Of a stretch of DNA of 64,000 nt, positions 1-12,355 are shown piece after piece. Below the pieces are notes generated by a model that made no database searches, was not told where the DNA came from, and saw only the letters and a list, made by a program, of their open reading frames with translations. Every line of letters starts with the position of its first letter. The first letter of the stretch is position 1. This DNA comes from Octopus sinensis (Eukaryota), in the NCBI RefSeq assembly GCF_006345805.1, contig NC_043004.1, positions 43,648,001-43,712,000 of the forward strand, in the 5' to 3' direction. Position numbers and translations under genes: made by a program.

Positions 1-363
1 CACACATTGCACTGGAATTTCAGGGAAGTAGTTCAGATGACTGAGCAGGAAATGCATTTTTATACACATGTTGCACCCCAGACCTCGAAACCTGTTTCAC
101 TGGGCCTGCACAAGTTCTTGATATTTTGATTACTTTCCAAGAAATCAGGGACATGCGCATTAAACGCATTCCTTGCTTCTTTTACAACGCCAGACATGGT
201 CTCCAAAAAATGCACGTCTGGCCATAGCCATGTAATCTGTGACACGTCAGATACACTAGACGTAATCTTGAAATTGTCTGCTTAGATATTTGAAGCTGCC
301 ACTGTGTCAGTATTTCACCACATGTTTTAAACACTATATGGGTTGCCCAGCCTTCGTTTTGAG

Positions 364-634
364 AACTGAAAGAAGCCCGTCGTATATATGTATATATATA
401 TATATATATGTGTGTGTGTATGTATGTTTGTGTGTCTGTGCTTTCTTCCATCCCTCAATATCGCTTGACAACCGACGCTGGTGTGTTTACGTTCCCGTGA
501 CCTAGCGGTTCGGCCTCAGGGACCAATAGAATAAGTATTAGGCTTACAAAGAATAAGTCCTGGTGTCGATTTGCTCGACTAAATGTGGTGCTCAAGCATG
601 GGTGCAGTCAAATGATTGAAACAAGTAAAAGAGT
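364..634 (+). mobile_element. Octopod tRNA-derived SINE, family C here, 5'-truncated
   Basis: Contains actgaaagaagcccgtcg, an internal AT/GT microsatellite, gtcgatttgctcgactaaa and the tail gaaacaagtaaaagag; the same blocks recur at 2285-2692, 42076-42335 and 58478-58578. Confidence 0.85.
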
Positions 635-2284
635 ACTTTATGAAGCTCTTTCTACAAGTCTTTTATCATGCTTGACAAACACTGATCAATACTCGTGTGA
701 CCTCAGAATTAAAATATTAAAGATGCATTCAAAATACAAATTTTCGTAATAAATACGTAAAGGTTCAACAAATCATGACTCATCTGATTTGCAATCATAC
801 TTAGCGTGGCAAATCTGAGAGAAATTTCACAAATATGAGACATGTATAAATGTTTAGGACCACGTATATGTGTTGTTTATTAACATCAAATTCTATGAAG
901 GACTCCTCTGACATCATCATGCAATTTAAAACTGGTTAGATTGAAAATAGCGAAAGTTACTCAAGTGTGATTCTTGTCATTTACTGAAGATACTTCAAAC
1001 ATAACTCTTGTTTTCCTTTTCGAGGTTGAATTTTAAATGATATTAAAAAAAAATTGTGATGTCAATTTCCACACATGGGCATGCAATTGGTGGAACGAAA
1101 TTTATCCTACCGGGATTGTTGAAAAGTATACATTCCAGTTTATGTAAAACCATGATGTGACAGACCAAAATGGACTTAATTTTTCAAATTAGCACCCCTA
1201 AATATCTCCAACACCAGACAATAAAAAACATAATCCACAGTGTAATATATCAAGCTATTGATTGCTGTATTATTAGGATTTATGACTTAGGTGTCAATGT
1301 TAAGAAAGAATATTCGAACGAACTGAAGTATTCAGAATATATAAAGTAACAATTGTGTCGTGTTTATAACAGCCTAAATAAAGAACAAGGTAAACGATCG
1401 AGATAATGCAGCAAATATCACAACTGTTAGTAGTAAAATACTAGACATTAGACTTTGCAGCCTCGTGCTTGAAAATGTATTGGGAAAATGTTTTGTGGAG
1501 GATGGAGAGTAGTTTCCAGCATTTAAAAGTAAGTATAGAGTTTAAAACAATGGTGACAATGTTCATGGTTTGGGCATACTTGTAACCATTATCCACAAAC
1601 GATCAACCTGACTCTACGCCAAAGACGCAGTGAATATTTTGCAGATTTGGAATTTGGTGTTCTAGTTCGTGCACCATAACAGACGAAGATTGCCGAAGTG
1701 AGATATTGTGGAAGTTTTAGTGCACGGGATTTTAAAATATAGAAACATAGGAAAAATGAACGGCATTGTTTTCAAAGGGATTGGAGAGACTGATATTATT
1801 TATGGAGACCTTTGAACAAAACGGAAAGGCGTGATATACATAGCATTATAAGGAAAATTGGAATATGTTGCTGTAAAAACCCAATGTGACGTTCCGTTGA
1901 TTAATATGTTGGAGGTGTTGCAGTTGTCATTATATCAACCTATATAGGGGGGAACGCGCCAATCAAAACCTCAAAATCTCTATTTCCTTGTCGCTTGTGA
2001 CGCGGCTTTTATAACTTAGATTCCTCTCAGTAACCTTCTCAGCTTATGCAGAAAATTTTGTACTGGGAAATAGAAGATAGTTGTACCAATATATCAGTAT
2101 TTTTGCCATGACCTTCAGAATTGTCAAACTCAACCGTTTAAGATGACGAATTCTTCAAATTTAAATCTAACAAGAAAGAAGACATTTCGGTGTTTGATTG
2201 ACGTGTTGATTGTAGCGAGTATTAAAAATTAGTTTCCATTTCTACAATCATTACTTGTATACACACGCACCCCCCCACACACAG

Positions 2285-2509
2285 AGTCATTTGACTGCAG
2301 CCATGCTGGAGCACCTCATCTAGTCGAAAAAATCGACCCCCAGTATATATTCTCTGTAAGCCTAGTATATATTCGGTCTCTTTTGCCGAACCGCTAATTT
2401 CCGGAAACGTAGCAGACACTCACAAATGTATACATATAAGTATATATGTATATACACATAGTTATCTATCTGTCTATCTATCTACCTATCTCTCTCTTTC
2501 TCCCTCTCC

Positions 2510-2545
<36 letters not shown>

Positions 2546-2692
2546 GCGACGGGATTCTTTCAATTTACGTCTACCGAATCCGTTCGCAAGGCTTCGCTCG
2601 GCCCGAAGTTATATTAGGGAACACTTAGTGAAGGTACACCGCAGTGGGACTGAATCCGAAACCAGGTGGTTTGGAAGCAAGTTTCTTACTAC
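2285..2692 (-). mobile_element. SINE family C, near full length with internal microsatellite
   Basis: Reverse complement gives the head (tgtagtaagaaacttgcttccaaaccacctggtttcggattcagtcccactgcg) and the tail (ctccagcatggctgcagtcaaatgact). Confidence 0.85.
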
Positions 2693-3576
2693 AGGGATAT
2701 TTGTAGAGTGTTTGGAAAAATAAAAATAAATTTTTCTTTCTGATAAGAAACTAGAATAGAATGTAATAGTAATTTTGACAAATATTTCTTATGCAATAAC
2801 TACATTATATGTTTCACAGTAATGACCACTAAATTAAAGTTATATAATATTTAGGAATGGGCGAAATAGTGCATATAGTAAGAAAATTTCCGAATGTATG
2901 GGAGGTATATGAGACGTGGGCGAATTCTGACATTAAAAACCTTGATAATTAGATTATGTGCAGAACATGGAAGTTCAAACATTCGCAAGAAAGCGTATCT
3001 GCGAAAATCCTTAATATCTTATACTCTTTGTATGTAATTTAATTATTACTGTGGCACTCCCTTTGACTCTATGAGAGATAGTAGAATCCAATTAATATTG
3101 TAAAGAAATTTTTATTTTCAATACTTCTTTGTAGAAATGCAACTTTAGTTCTTGCTGAGGAACGTGTAGAAAATTTACAGGTGGCAACTAAATGAGGTCT
3201 AAACTATTCCTCATAATTATATAAACGAATAACCAAACTGAAACCAAATCGTAAGTTGTATAAACGATGGCTGGTGTACGAATTAACGTTAGAATAGAAA
3301 GTGTGAAAAATAATTTGATTGGCATACTTAGGAAACTGATAATTGAATATTTAGAATAACAATAATTAACAACATAAAATAATACTATAATTGAAAGCTA
3401 ATATTATTCGCGTGGATTTGCTCCTAAATACACAACTGTTTCTTAATTAATATAAGTATGAGAAAAAATGTCATTATTGATTTTTAACTCTTGATATAGT
3501 CATTGATAGGTGGTATGTTAATATAGTGTATTATCTCCAAGAGTAATATATCCAAGATATATGGTGAAGAAAGGCG

Positions 3577-4740
3577 ATGGTTTTACGAGAATTAAACCCA
3601 GAAAGAATTTGCCATCTCAGGCAAAACAGATATGCCTTTAGTGCTGACGTTGTCTCAATGTACACAACGGTGCCAGCACACTCGGCGGTCAACCTATTGA
3701 CCGACTGCATAATAACGTCCAACATCCAATGCTTCGAACTTACCGCAGCTGATATACATCAACTTTTGTCCATCATCGTGGACAACACCTACTTCTATTT
3801 CTAGGACCACATATACAAGTAGACAACGGGTCTCCCCACGGGATCCTGTCTCTCAGGTCTACTAGCCATCACTTATATGGACCATCTGGAACGTCGTGCA
3901 CTCAACATATGCCGCTCATGCACCTTCTTCACTAGATACGTAGATGACATCCTCATACCCACATCCTCCCGTGAAGAGGCTGACAGAATATTCACGAGAT
4001 TCAATAACATAGACACGAAAGTAAAGTTCACTACAGAACATCCCGACATCACTGGATCACTATCACTACTTGACTTCAAACTGAATATAACGAAAGAAGG
4101 GGAGATCCACACCGAGTTCTACAGGAAAGCGGCCAGTAGAGATATGTTTGTCCAGTACAATTCAGCACTTCCACTCGGTGCCAAAATAGGATACGCCAGA
4201 AATGTACTTGCACGCATCCATTGTAAGTGAAGCAGAACGGAGTACAAGTAACCCACACTACACGCTTCCTACGTATATTGAAAACCAACGGGTACCCTAG
4301 ATTCATGTAAAGACGACCAACACGCCGAACACATAGAAAACCCAGGAACACATGCTTCTTTAAAATACCCCATTTTCGCGAGAGAATAACTACATCCATC
4401 TGGAGAGCCATAAGAAGAGAAGGGCTAGACATACAATTAGCCCACTCCGGCCCCTCTCTGAGAGGACATCTCACTAAGGAACGAACAATGGATGACAATC
4501 AATGCACAGTAACAAGCTGTTCCATCCGTGACACAGATGTATGCCAACGGGTAAATGTTGTGTATAGAATACAATGTAACAAATGCAACAAGTTATATGT
4601 GGGTAGCACAACAAGACCATTACACGTCCGCATCAAAGAACATCTGAACACGAGAGCTACTTCCTTCAGAAAACATCTTGTAAGATGCCAGAACACCGAC
4701 AAAAGTATAAAAGTCACAACTGAGGCCAATGAAAGAAATT
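3577..4740 (+). pseudogene. Decayed Penelope/Poseidon-type PLE ORF (RT plus C-terminal GIY-YIG endonuclease)
   Basis: One frame reads SADVVSMYTTVP...GLPTGSCLSGLLAITYM...RYVDD...LLDF...FYRK through two TAG stops, then frameshifts; VVYRIQCNKCNKLYVGSTTRPLHVRIKEH is a GIY-YIG motif. Confidence 0.92.
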
Positions 4741-4869
4741 ACTTACTACATATAATTCAATTGTTATAATTATTTTTATTGTTAAAGTGAAAGTATCTGA
4801 CGTAAAATAGGGAAATGTTTTTGTTTCACTTTCAACACGTAATACTGAAATAGTGGAGAAGATATGATA

Positions 4870-5030
4870 TTCCTATGGGCTCGCTCTAGGCTAGAAGTTT
4901 TTTGCCCATGAAACTACAGGGACCCTAAGTAAGGCATGTGTAAAATTTGAATGAAATTGGTTGTGTAGTTTTGAAGTTTTAGGGAAACACAGACAGACAG
5001 ACAGACACACACACATGTACACACATATAC
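4870..5030 (-). mobile_element. Probable non-autonomous Helitron/Helentron-like (DINE-1/HINE-type) fragment
   Basis: Minus strand: (GT)/(GTCT) microsatellite followed by aactacacaaccaatttcattcaaattttacacatgcc, resembling the DINE-1/HINE core; recognised by resemblance only. Confidence 0.45.
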
Positions 5031-6314
5031 ACATGTGGGTTGTACATCCAAACAAACATGTATTCCTATATAAATTTCTAAGTATAGACACATACACAAA
5101 CATATATATATATACACACCTAAACATACATACAAATATACATGCATAAACACACATAGAGAAAGCGAGTGACAAAGGGAGGAGGGAAAAGAGAAAATGC
5201 AGAGAAGATATAACTTTTGGGGTGCAAAAAATAGTGCATAAAAAGAGTATATACTCATATGTAGTTTTCATTATTCAGCCAGTGTTTGGCTGGTGTCTTT
5301 CAGTGGATTGTCGGTACGGTAGTTCCTGTGGTTTTGGTCTTATTTTTTCTTGAAATATATCCATCACGTATCCTGTTAATATACCGCTGGCTAAAATATA
5401 TGCAGCACGAATTTTCTTTTCAAGCAAAACTGATGTCAAAAGCATTTAAATCATTTTTGTGTGCAGATCAAATTCTAAAGAGATTATTTTGTCTTGTTCA
5501 ATCCAGATAACGAAGACCTAACGAAAAATAATATCGTTGACTGTATTCTTACTGATTGCTCAAACACAACAGTTCACCATAACGAATTAGCCAAATTTAA
5601 ATCTTACAGCTGTTATAAACTACAATTTAGATTTACGTAATAATAGTAATAAGAATGATATAAAGCAATTTCGATTGTACGATAAGCACCACTTATCATT
5701 TATTTGATTGTGCTATACACTATGAACGTTTTGAAATGGTGATTTTATCTGCATTTAGTGAGATAAATATAATGGAATTACTAACGTGGACGAATTTATG
5801 CGATTTCACTCTCGTCAAAAAGCTACTATTTTGATATATCTTCCTGCTGTCTGGAAGAAAATTATGTCGCCTTGTTCTTAATAACAATTCAGTCGTATAC
5901 ATGTAAAAGTAATATATATGTAAACTGAGCTACAATGTCTAGAAGTTTGATAAAACAATTGTTTGTGTGAATTGTGATGTATGTATCATCATTGATCACT
6001 CTCAAATTTACAATTAACTCCAATATATATTTAGCATTATCTAAAATAGACATTATTCTGCAGATCAGTGAATTTGACATTGCAAGTCTAAACTTACTGT
6101 TTAAGTCGTTCCATATACATTATGCCGAAAATGCAGTTTAGAATTTCAATAATGTTACTTAGATTTATATCCCGTCTCTCAAAGTAACAAAAGTGCTATA
6201 AATATAAGCAAGATATGAGAGAAATAAATGTTTCAAATTTATTTTCTTTGGTGTGATTTTAGAATTGTGCCTTGTTATGTTTTATTTCAAGTTTACAGTA
6301 GTCCAACTTCATAC

Positions 6315-6500
<186 letters not shown>

Positions 6501-6589
6501 CTAATACAGGATGAAGTTTTTTTACAAATAAAAAGTTTCATTCAAAAAGTGGCAGTATATTAGATTAACTTTAAAGTAAAAATTATAAA

Positions 6590-7234
6590 CAACTTATAAA
6601 CAAGGCCAAAAGAAAATTATTTATATGCCAATATGCTGATAACAGACTTTTAAATCGTCAATTTCCAGATATTATACACCCACTACAGAAGTACGTTTCG
6701 CTGAAATAGAGGAAAGCTAGCAAGCAGAATCTTTTTCAAGAGTTCGTTATTTCTATATTGAATCAATTTCGGAATTAATCTTATAATAGATTTTTTCCTC
6801 GTCAGTAGAAAATACGTATAGAAATAAATGAAATACTTACATGAGCTCATGGAAAAAAAAGCCGAAGCAAAAATCATTAGTACACATAAGTACCACAGAT
6901 ATATCTAAATATAAAATCCTTTGGTTAGCCTCAGCTTATAGTGGTTACCAGTCCCTATACCGAATAGTTATAAATCTACTACTTATATAGTGTGAAGGTT
7001 TTTACAGAAGAAAATTTCATCAAAAAGTGGCAGCCTATTAAAATACCTTTCAAAACTTTCATAAAAAAAGTGGCGGTATATTAAAATACCTTTTAAAAAT
7101 TCTGTTGGCAAGGTTTCCTCGATTTCAGCACAACGTTCTATAGTGGGTATATAATATGTGAAAATTGACGATTTAAAAGTCTGTTATCAGCATATAGGTA
7201 TAGAAATAATTTTCTTTTGCCCGTGTTTATAAGT

Positions 7235-7236
<2 letters not shown>
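6590..7236. mobile_element. MITE / non-autonomous DNA transposon with about 150-bp imperfect terminal inverted repeats
   Basis: 6590-6740 (caacttataaacaaggccaaaagaaaattat...tatgctgataacagacttttaaatcgtcaattt) is the reverse complement of about 7100-7236; the right end is followed by TA; no coding capacity. Confidence 0.8.
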
Positions 7237-7270
<34 letters not shown>

Positions 7271-9160
7271 GTCTATACATGTATAGTGATATACACATAT
7301 ATACTTGTATAAATATATATACATGTACATCTATATATATATATAAATACATGTATATATATATACACACACATATATACACACATACATATATACATAT
7401 GTGTGTGTGTGTGTATGTTTGTGTGAGTTTCTGTGTATGTACGTATGTATAGATGAAAGAGAAGGTAATGGGTTTATTGCTGTAGAGAAGTTATTACTAC
7501 TGTTACAAGATTCGAATGAATGGAGTTAGAACATAAAAGTGAAGTAAAAATATAGAAAAGGGATTGGCAACATGTAGTGATTTTGCTGAACTGAAAGGAA
7601 AGCTAGAAGGGCAGAATACTGAAACATTTAAGAATTCCAACGTAAGGATTTACATTGTAACTTGTATATAAATATAATTATATCCTGGAATAGGTAGAAA
7701 TATATGGAGGTTTAGGACACGATGTGGGGAAATAAGAAGTAATTATAATATAGCCGTAAAGGAGTAATATATCTACATGCACTGTACTAATACTACAAAT
7801 TCTTTGTACATGTGCGCAAATTATGCACAAAAGTACTCAACGTCAGATACACAGCCAAATTCTACATATAAATGTTTATATATACAAACACGTATGTATA
7901 CGAAAACGAAACGGTTTGTGAAAAGCTTGAAAATGGAAGATGGAAGTATAAACACTTCAGACATATGCATAAATTTATACCGTGTTTGCCCAAGGTGTCA
8001 GTGATAGATAGGTATGTTTCTATGTGCTTGTAGATAGTAAAGTCATTGTGTGTGTGTTCGTGTGTGTGTGTGTCTGTGTGTGTGTGTGTGTGGAATACAC
8101 AAACTGAGACGTTAGGAGAGGAATGCCCTGATGAGTTTAAATATTGGAATATAGCTGCGAGTAATCACTGGACTTAGTTGTTAGACCAAAATAGAAAACT
8201 TTATGGAACCTTTTGGGGTCTTTGCAAGATTTTCCAATTTTTGGAGACGTCTTTACTCTATTATTCTGATTATTCAACAATATAACCTCTATAGGATCGC
8301 TTTAGTATTAACAACCACATATTATAGAAAACTGCCAGCCAATAGACGCAAAGCATAATATAATTGTAGATATGCAAATTGCAATAGTAGGGGTTGGGTG
8401 AACATATAGGGAAAGATTGATTTGTGGTCATATATGTGCGAATAATGTGCTCACCTAGCCTAGGGCTACACGGAAACAGATTTTCTGATAATTGTCTGTG
8501 TATCACCGAGGGAGAGAATAATCAACATTTGAGTGTCGCTTTTATTATTTTCTATTTTATGTAATACGGTTAACACATTTTGACAACCTACTATGCTCCA
8601 TTGATGTGATTGCGTTACAGTATAATATCATTAGCTACTTCTACACAAGAAGAGCTTTCCTAATGTTGTTTCAGGTTGTTCATTAACTGATAATGGTTTC
8701 TTATGATACTTCTGCCAGGTGGGAACCACATAAAATACCTGGGATTTTCATCAAATAAATTCAGATACTATCACTCTCAAAGTATATTCAACCTGATAAT
8801 GAGATTCTTGTAATAATCCCGTATAATTCAAATCTGGTAATTGCTTTTATTTATTTTCCTCATGTTATAATTCACATAAACATCTAGCCTATTGTACGTT
8901 CATATTCACTCCTATCATAATACACAATGATGTAATGCAAATGATTTCACATATGCGTATGAAAGTGCCATGATACTAAATTCGAATGTCTTTATAGATT
9001 GCTTATTCTTCGTCTATATAATTTCCTCCCTCACAATATGTTACTTTAACAGATTTTATCTAGTGAATGACTTCATCTCACACAATCACACGACCTCTTG
9101 TTATTGATAGAAATTTCGTTTCCATCCGAATTACGAAGTATCTCCTTTCTGTTGTTGTTC

Positions 9161-9450
9161 TTTGTTCCTTCTCAAGCCATGCCTGGCTTATAAGAGCCGG
9201 TTTCCCTGGCGTATAGATTCCCCACCTGGACGGGACGACCGTCCGTCGCAGGTGAACTGCAAGATGCAGGACGAAAGAGTGAGAGAAAGTTGTGGCGAAA
9301 GAGTCAGCAGAAGTTCACCATTACCTTCTGTCGGAGCCGCGTGGCTTAGGTGTTTAGCTCATAAACAGAGACATCGCCCGGTCTGAGATTCGAACCCGCG
9401 ATACCTCGACCGCGAGTCCGCTGCTCTAACGACTAGGCCATGTGCCTCCA
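9161..9450 (-). mobile_element. tRNA-derived SINE (tRNA-Arg-like head)
   Basis: Minus strand: gtggaggcacatggcctagtcgttagagcagcggactcgcggtcg...ggttcgaatctc (A and B boxes); its 3' tail (ggtggggaat...gccaggcatggcttgagaaggaaca) is shared with 23767-24015. Confidence 0.88.
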
Positions 9451-9955
9451 CATCTCCTTTCTGTGAATTTGGACCATCAGTTACCGTAACTGTATTTTTT
9501 TCCATACTTGGCTGTTTTTACAAATCCAACGTAAGAGGTGCAGATTGCGCGGAAGGAGCATCGTTTTACATAGGTGTATATATTTTGTCATGTACTGCAT
9601 TTTATGTTATAAAATATCTTGTAATAGTTCCTTTTCTTACAGTTTTAGTATCATGTCACTGATTTTTGATAAAGACGCATCAGCCATTATTAGTAACCAT
9701 TTCTCATCACTTACTTGGCATATACGTTATCGTGTTCTATAACGTCCAGCATAATATCTACACGTATAAAGATTCCGATACTCCTTTGGTTACATATGAC
9801 GTTGAGGATTCAAATTGTCACCATTTTGAGGTTGCCCAAATGTAGAGATATCCCATACACTAATACATAATGACTTAGAGACATACATATAAATATAGAT
9901 ATTATATACGATAGACGTGCGTGTGCGAGTGTATATATCAGTATATATTTCTCTC

Positions 9956-10040
<85 letters not shown>

Positions 10041-10171
10041 AGTTCAGCAAAATTTAGATTCAGATGAATATGGTATTTAAATTAAAAGCACTAGAATATT
10101 TTATGGTATTATCCATATAAATAAAATGGGGTGATTATAATCAAAATAAACAACAAGGATATCCAAGGTAG

Positions 10172-10260
10172 TGTAGTACAATTGTTTCATGCTACTTCAT
10201 TTTATTAAATACTGTAATTATTACATGAGTTTTAAAATTTCGAGCAATCTTCAGCCACAT
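10172..10260 (-). ncRNA. Hammerhead ribozyme motif (type I, long stem II) in an orphan PLE pseudo-LTR fragment
   Basis: Minus strand: tgtgg CTGAAGA ttgct...(about 50 nt)...agcat GAAAC AATT GTA ctaca. Stem I TGTGG/CTACA, palindromic stem III ACAATTGT, GUA cleavage triplet. A partial inverted copy lies at 10354-10392 and the fragment sits between (AT)n tracts. Confidence 0.7.
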
Positions 10261-10398
10261 ATAGAATTTTTTAATTAAACGGACAATGCACATTCTGATA
10301 CTTATTTCAGAAATAAGTATAAGAACGTGCTTTGTCCGTTTAATTAAAAAATATGTATGTGGTTGAAGATTGCTCGACATTTCAAAACTGATATAATA

Positions 10399-10441
<43 letters not shown>

Positions 10442-11008
10442 AGGAGATTTTGAATTTTATTTCCAGCCACAAGGGTCAAACACCGAGGGGACAATACAAG
10501 TTATGTGGGGACATATAACAATTAAAATAGAAATTTTGAAAATATGAAAGATAACTGCGAATGATATATGATGAATGTGCCACTTACTCCACCTCAGCAT
10601 CATCACTTACGTTCTTAGAAATCCAATTAAAATTAATCCCATAATATTGACCCACTAATTTTTCATATTCTATTCTGTTTAGAACGTCCTTTATGTCGCA
10701 TGCCATGTGACTGTATTACACACTCTCTTTACAGTCTCTAATTATTCTTATTCTGCATTCCGGCACATGTGCGCCTAAAACCATTTTTTTTCTTTTTCTC
10801 CTTCTCTTCATATTTATCACTTTTACATCTCTCCATTGCACTAACGTATCCATCACTTCCATTTATACACCTTTCAATAAAATGCAAGCATAAAATATGG
10901 GAATGCCCTTTGTGTATGACTGCTCTTTTTCCTTTTTTGTGTCGGTGAGGAATGGGTGGTATGTGTATACATATATATATACACACACACACACACCACA
11001 CACACACA

Positions 11009-11050
<42 letters not shown>

Positions 11051-11058
<8 letters not shown>

Positions 11059-11933
11059 AGTGAATTGAAGAAATGGAGTTGAACGAAGATTGAACAGAAA
11101 TCGTTTTATTGCATTCTACACGTGTTTCGAAAGGCACAATTTACCAAATTCCGATTGAATAAGGAGACCATATTGTGTCTTTCTCTTCAGGAAGAAATAG
11201 GAAATCCGTTGGAAAAAACAAAAAACAGAACAGAGGCGGAGCAAAACAAATGGAACGAGGCTCCTAAGAGCCCATGGCCAAACTGTTTATCAATGTATGT
11301 TGAAAACTGGTGGCGGGTGCGTTGAAGGTTTTAACGGGTAGCGGTCATTCCGGTGGGTGGGAGCACGGGGTGCTTAGATGTTCTCTGTGACCGAGATTAA
11401 AGTTCTGACTATTTGAAGAATATTAGGTGTATTATATGGGGCGAGGCAAAATCTACTTAGAAACATGTGTGTGTGTACTGTTCTATATATGCGCGCGGCC
11501 GCAAGTTGGTAAGAAGCGCTACACTCTGGTCGCTGCTGTGAAATCCGTCAGGGGGTAGAAGAAATTTTCTATGTGTTCGTATGTGCGTTTGATCACGCGG
11601 CCGTCAGTTGGTAAACAGCCCTACACAATGGTCACTGCTGTAAAATCCGCCGGGTGGCACAAAATTTTTTTTTTGTGTGCGTGTGTTCGTCTAATCATGC
11701 CTTGTCAAAGAAACCCCCCGTCGTCAAAACAAACCACCATTCGTCTCCCAGGAGTAATTCCCCTTGCAATGGTTAATCATATTTCTCTTAAAAGCTTACA
11801 GTAGTGTAACCGGATGCAGGTATTATTTATAAGCGTTATTTATAAGCAAGATAAGTATAACGCCGCCAGTGGGGGCAACGAAAATCCGACTGTAAAAGTC
11901 CGTTTACCATCCGGTCTCTGGCGAACAATATAT
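11051..11933 (-). repeat. Inverted copy of the PLE 3' region (reverse complement of 14972-15870)
   Basis: Direct alignment by eye; differs from the 3' copy by roughly a dozen substitutions and several indels. Confidence 0.95.
11107..11200 (-). ncRNA. Hammerhead ribozyme, copy in the inverted pLTR
   Basis: Minus strand: ttc CTGAAGA GAAAGACACAAT...ATTGTGCCTTTC GAAAC ACGT GTA gaa. Confidence 0.8.
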
Positions 11934-11947
11934 TCCGGCAATAGCAG

Positions 11948-12308
11948 CACCAGTTTTCAACATACATTGATAAACAGTTTGGCCATGGGCTTTTTCCAAC
12001 GGATTTCCTATTTCTTCCTGAAGAGAAAGACGCAATATGGTCTCCTTATTCAATCGGAATTTGGTAAATTGTGCCTTTCGAAACACGTGTAGAATGCAAT
12101 AAAACGATTTCTGTTCAATCTTCGTTCAACTCCATTTCTTCAATTCACTAATAATATTAAAATTCAATTATCCGCACCAACGCACGGTTGCAACACCATA
12201 TGGTTGTACCTCCAACCGTGCTGTCTTCGGCTGTGATTTTTGCTACCAAGGTATCGGTTAAATTTTTGATTAATCTGCAACAAGATTATTCATCTTTCTA
12301 TTTCACAA
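11948..12308 (+). repeat. 5' pseudo-LTR (direct repeat of 15609-16020 with an internal deletion of about 55-60 bp)
   Basis: caccagttttcaacatac...ctatttcac is shared with the 3' copy; the deletion follows ggccatgggc. Confidence 0.93.
12008..12100 (+). ncRNA. Hammerhead ribozyme (type I) in the 5' pLTR
   Basis: Core CTGAAGA 12018-12024; 12-bp stem II with one mismatch (GAAAGACGCAAT/ATTGTGCCTTTC); GAAA 12080-12083; palindromic stem III ACACGTGT; predicted cleavage after GUA at 12091; short stem I TTC/GAA. Confidence 0.8.
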
Positions 12309-12319
12309 AATACATACAG
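12251..12319 (+). other. Candidate 69-nt spliceosomal intron in the PLE 5' UTR
   Basis: AAG|GTATCG ... TTAAT ... catctttctatttcac ... tacatacAG|; lies 36 nt upstream of the ATG at 12356; PLEs are known to retain short introns. Confidence 0.45.
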
Positions 12320-12355
12320 CTTCGTCAAGAAACTGCTACCTTAACCTATACCAAA

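Noticed and set aside
9375-9450. tRNA-Arg-like sequence on the minus strand
   Set aside because: It is the head of a SINE: it continues into a SINE body and tail shared with other copies and lacks a proper acceptor stem.
12188-12355. 56-aa N-terminal extension of the PLE ORF from a TTG start
   Set aside because: It lies in the pLTR/5' UTR and candidate intron; homology-like sequence starts at the ATG at 12356.
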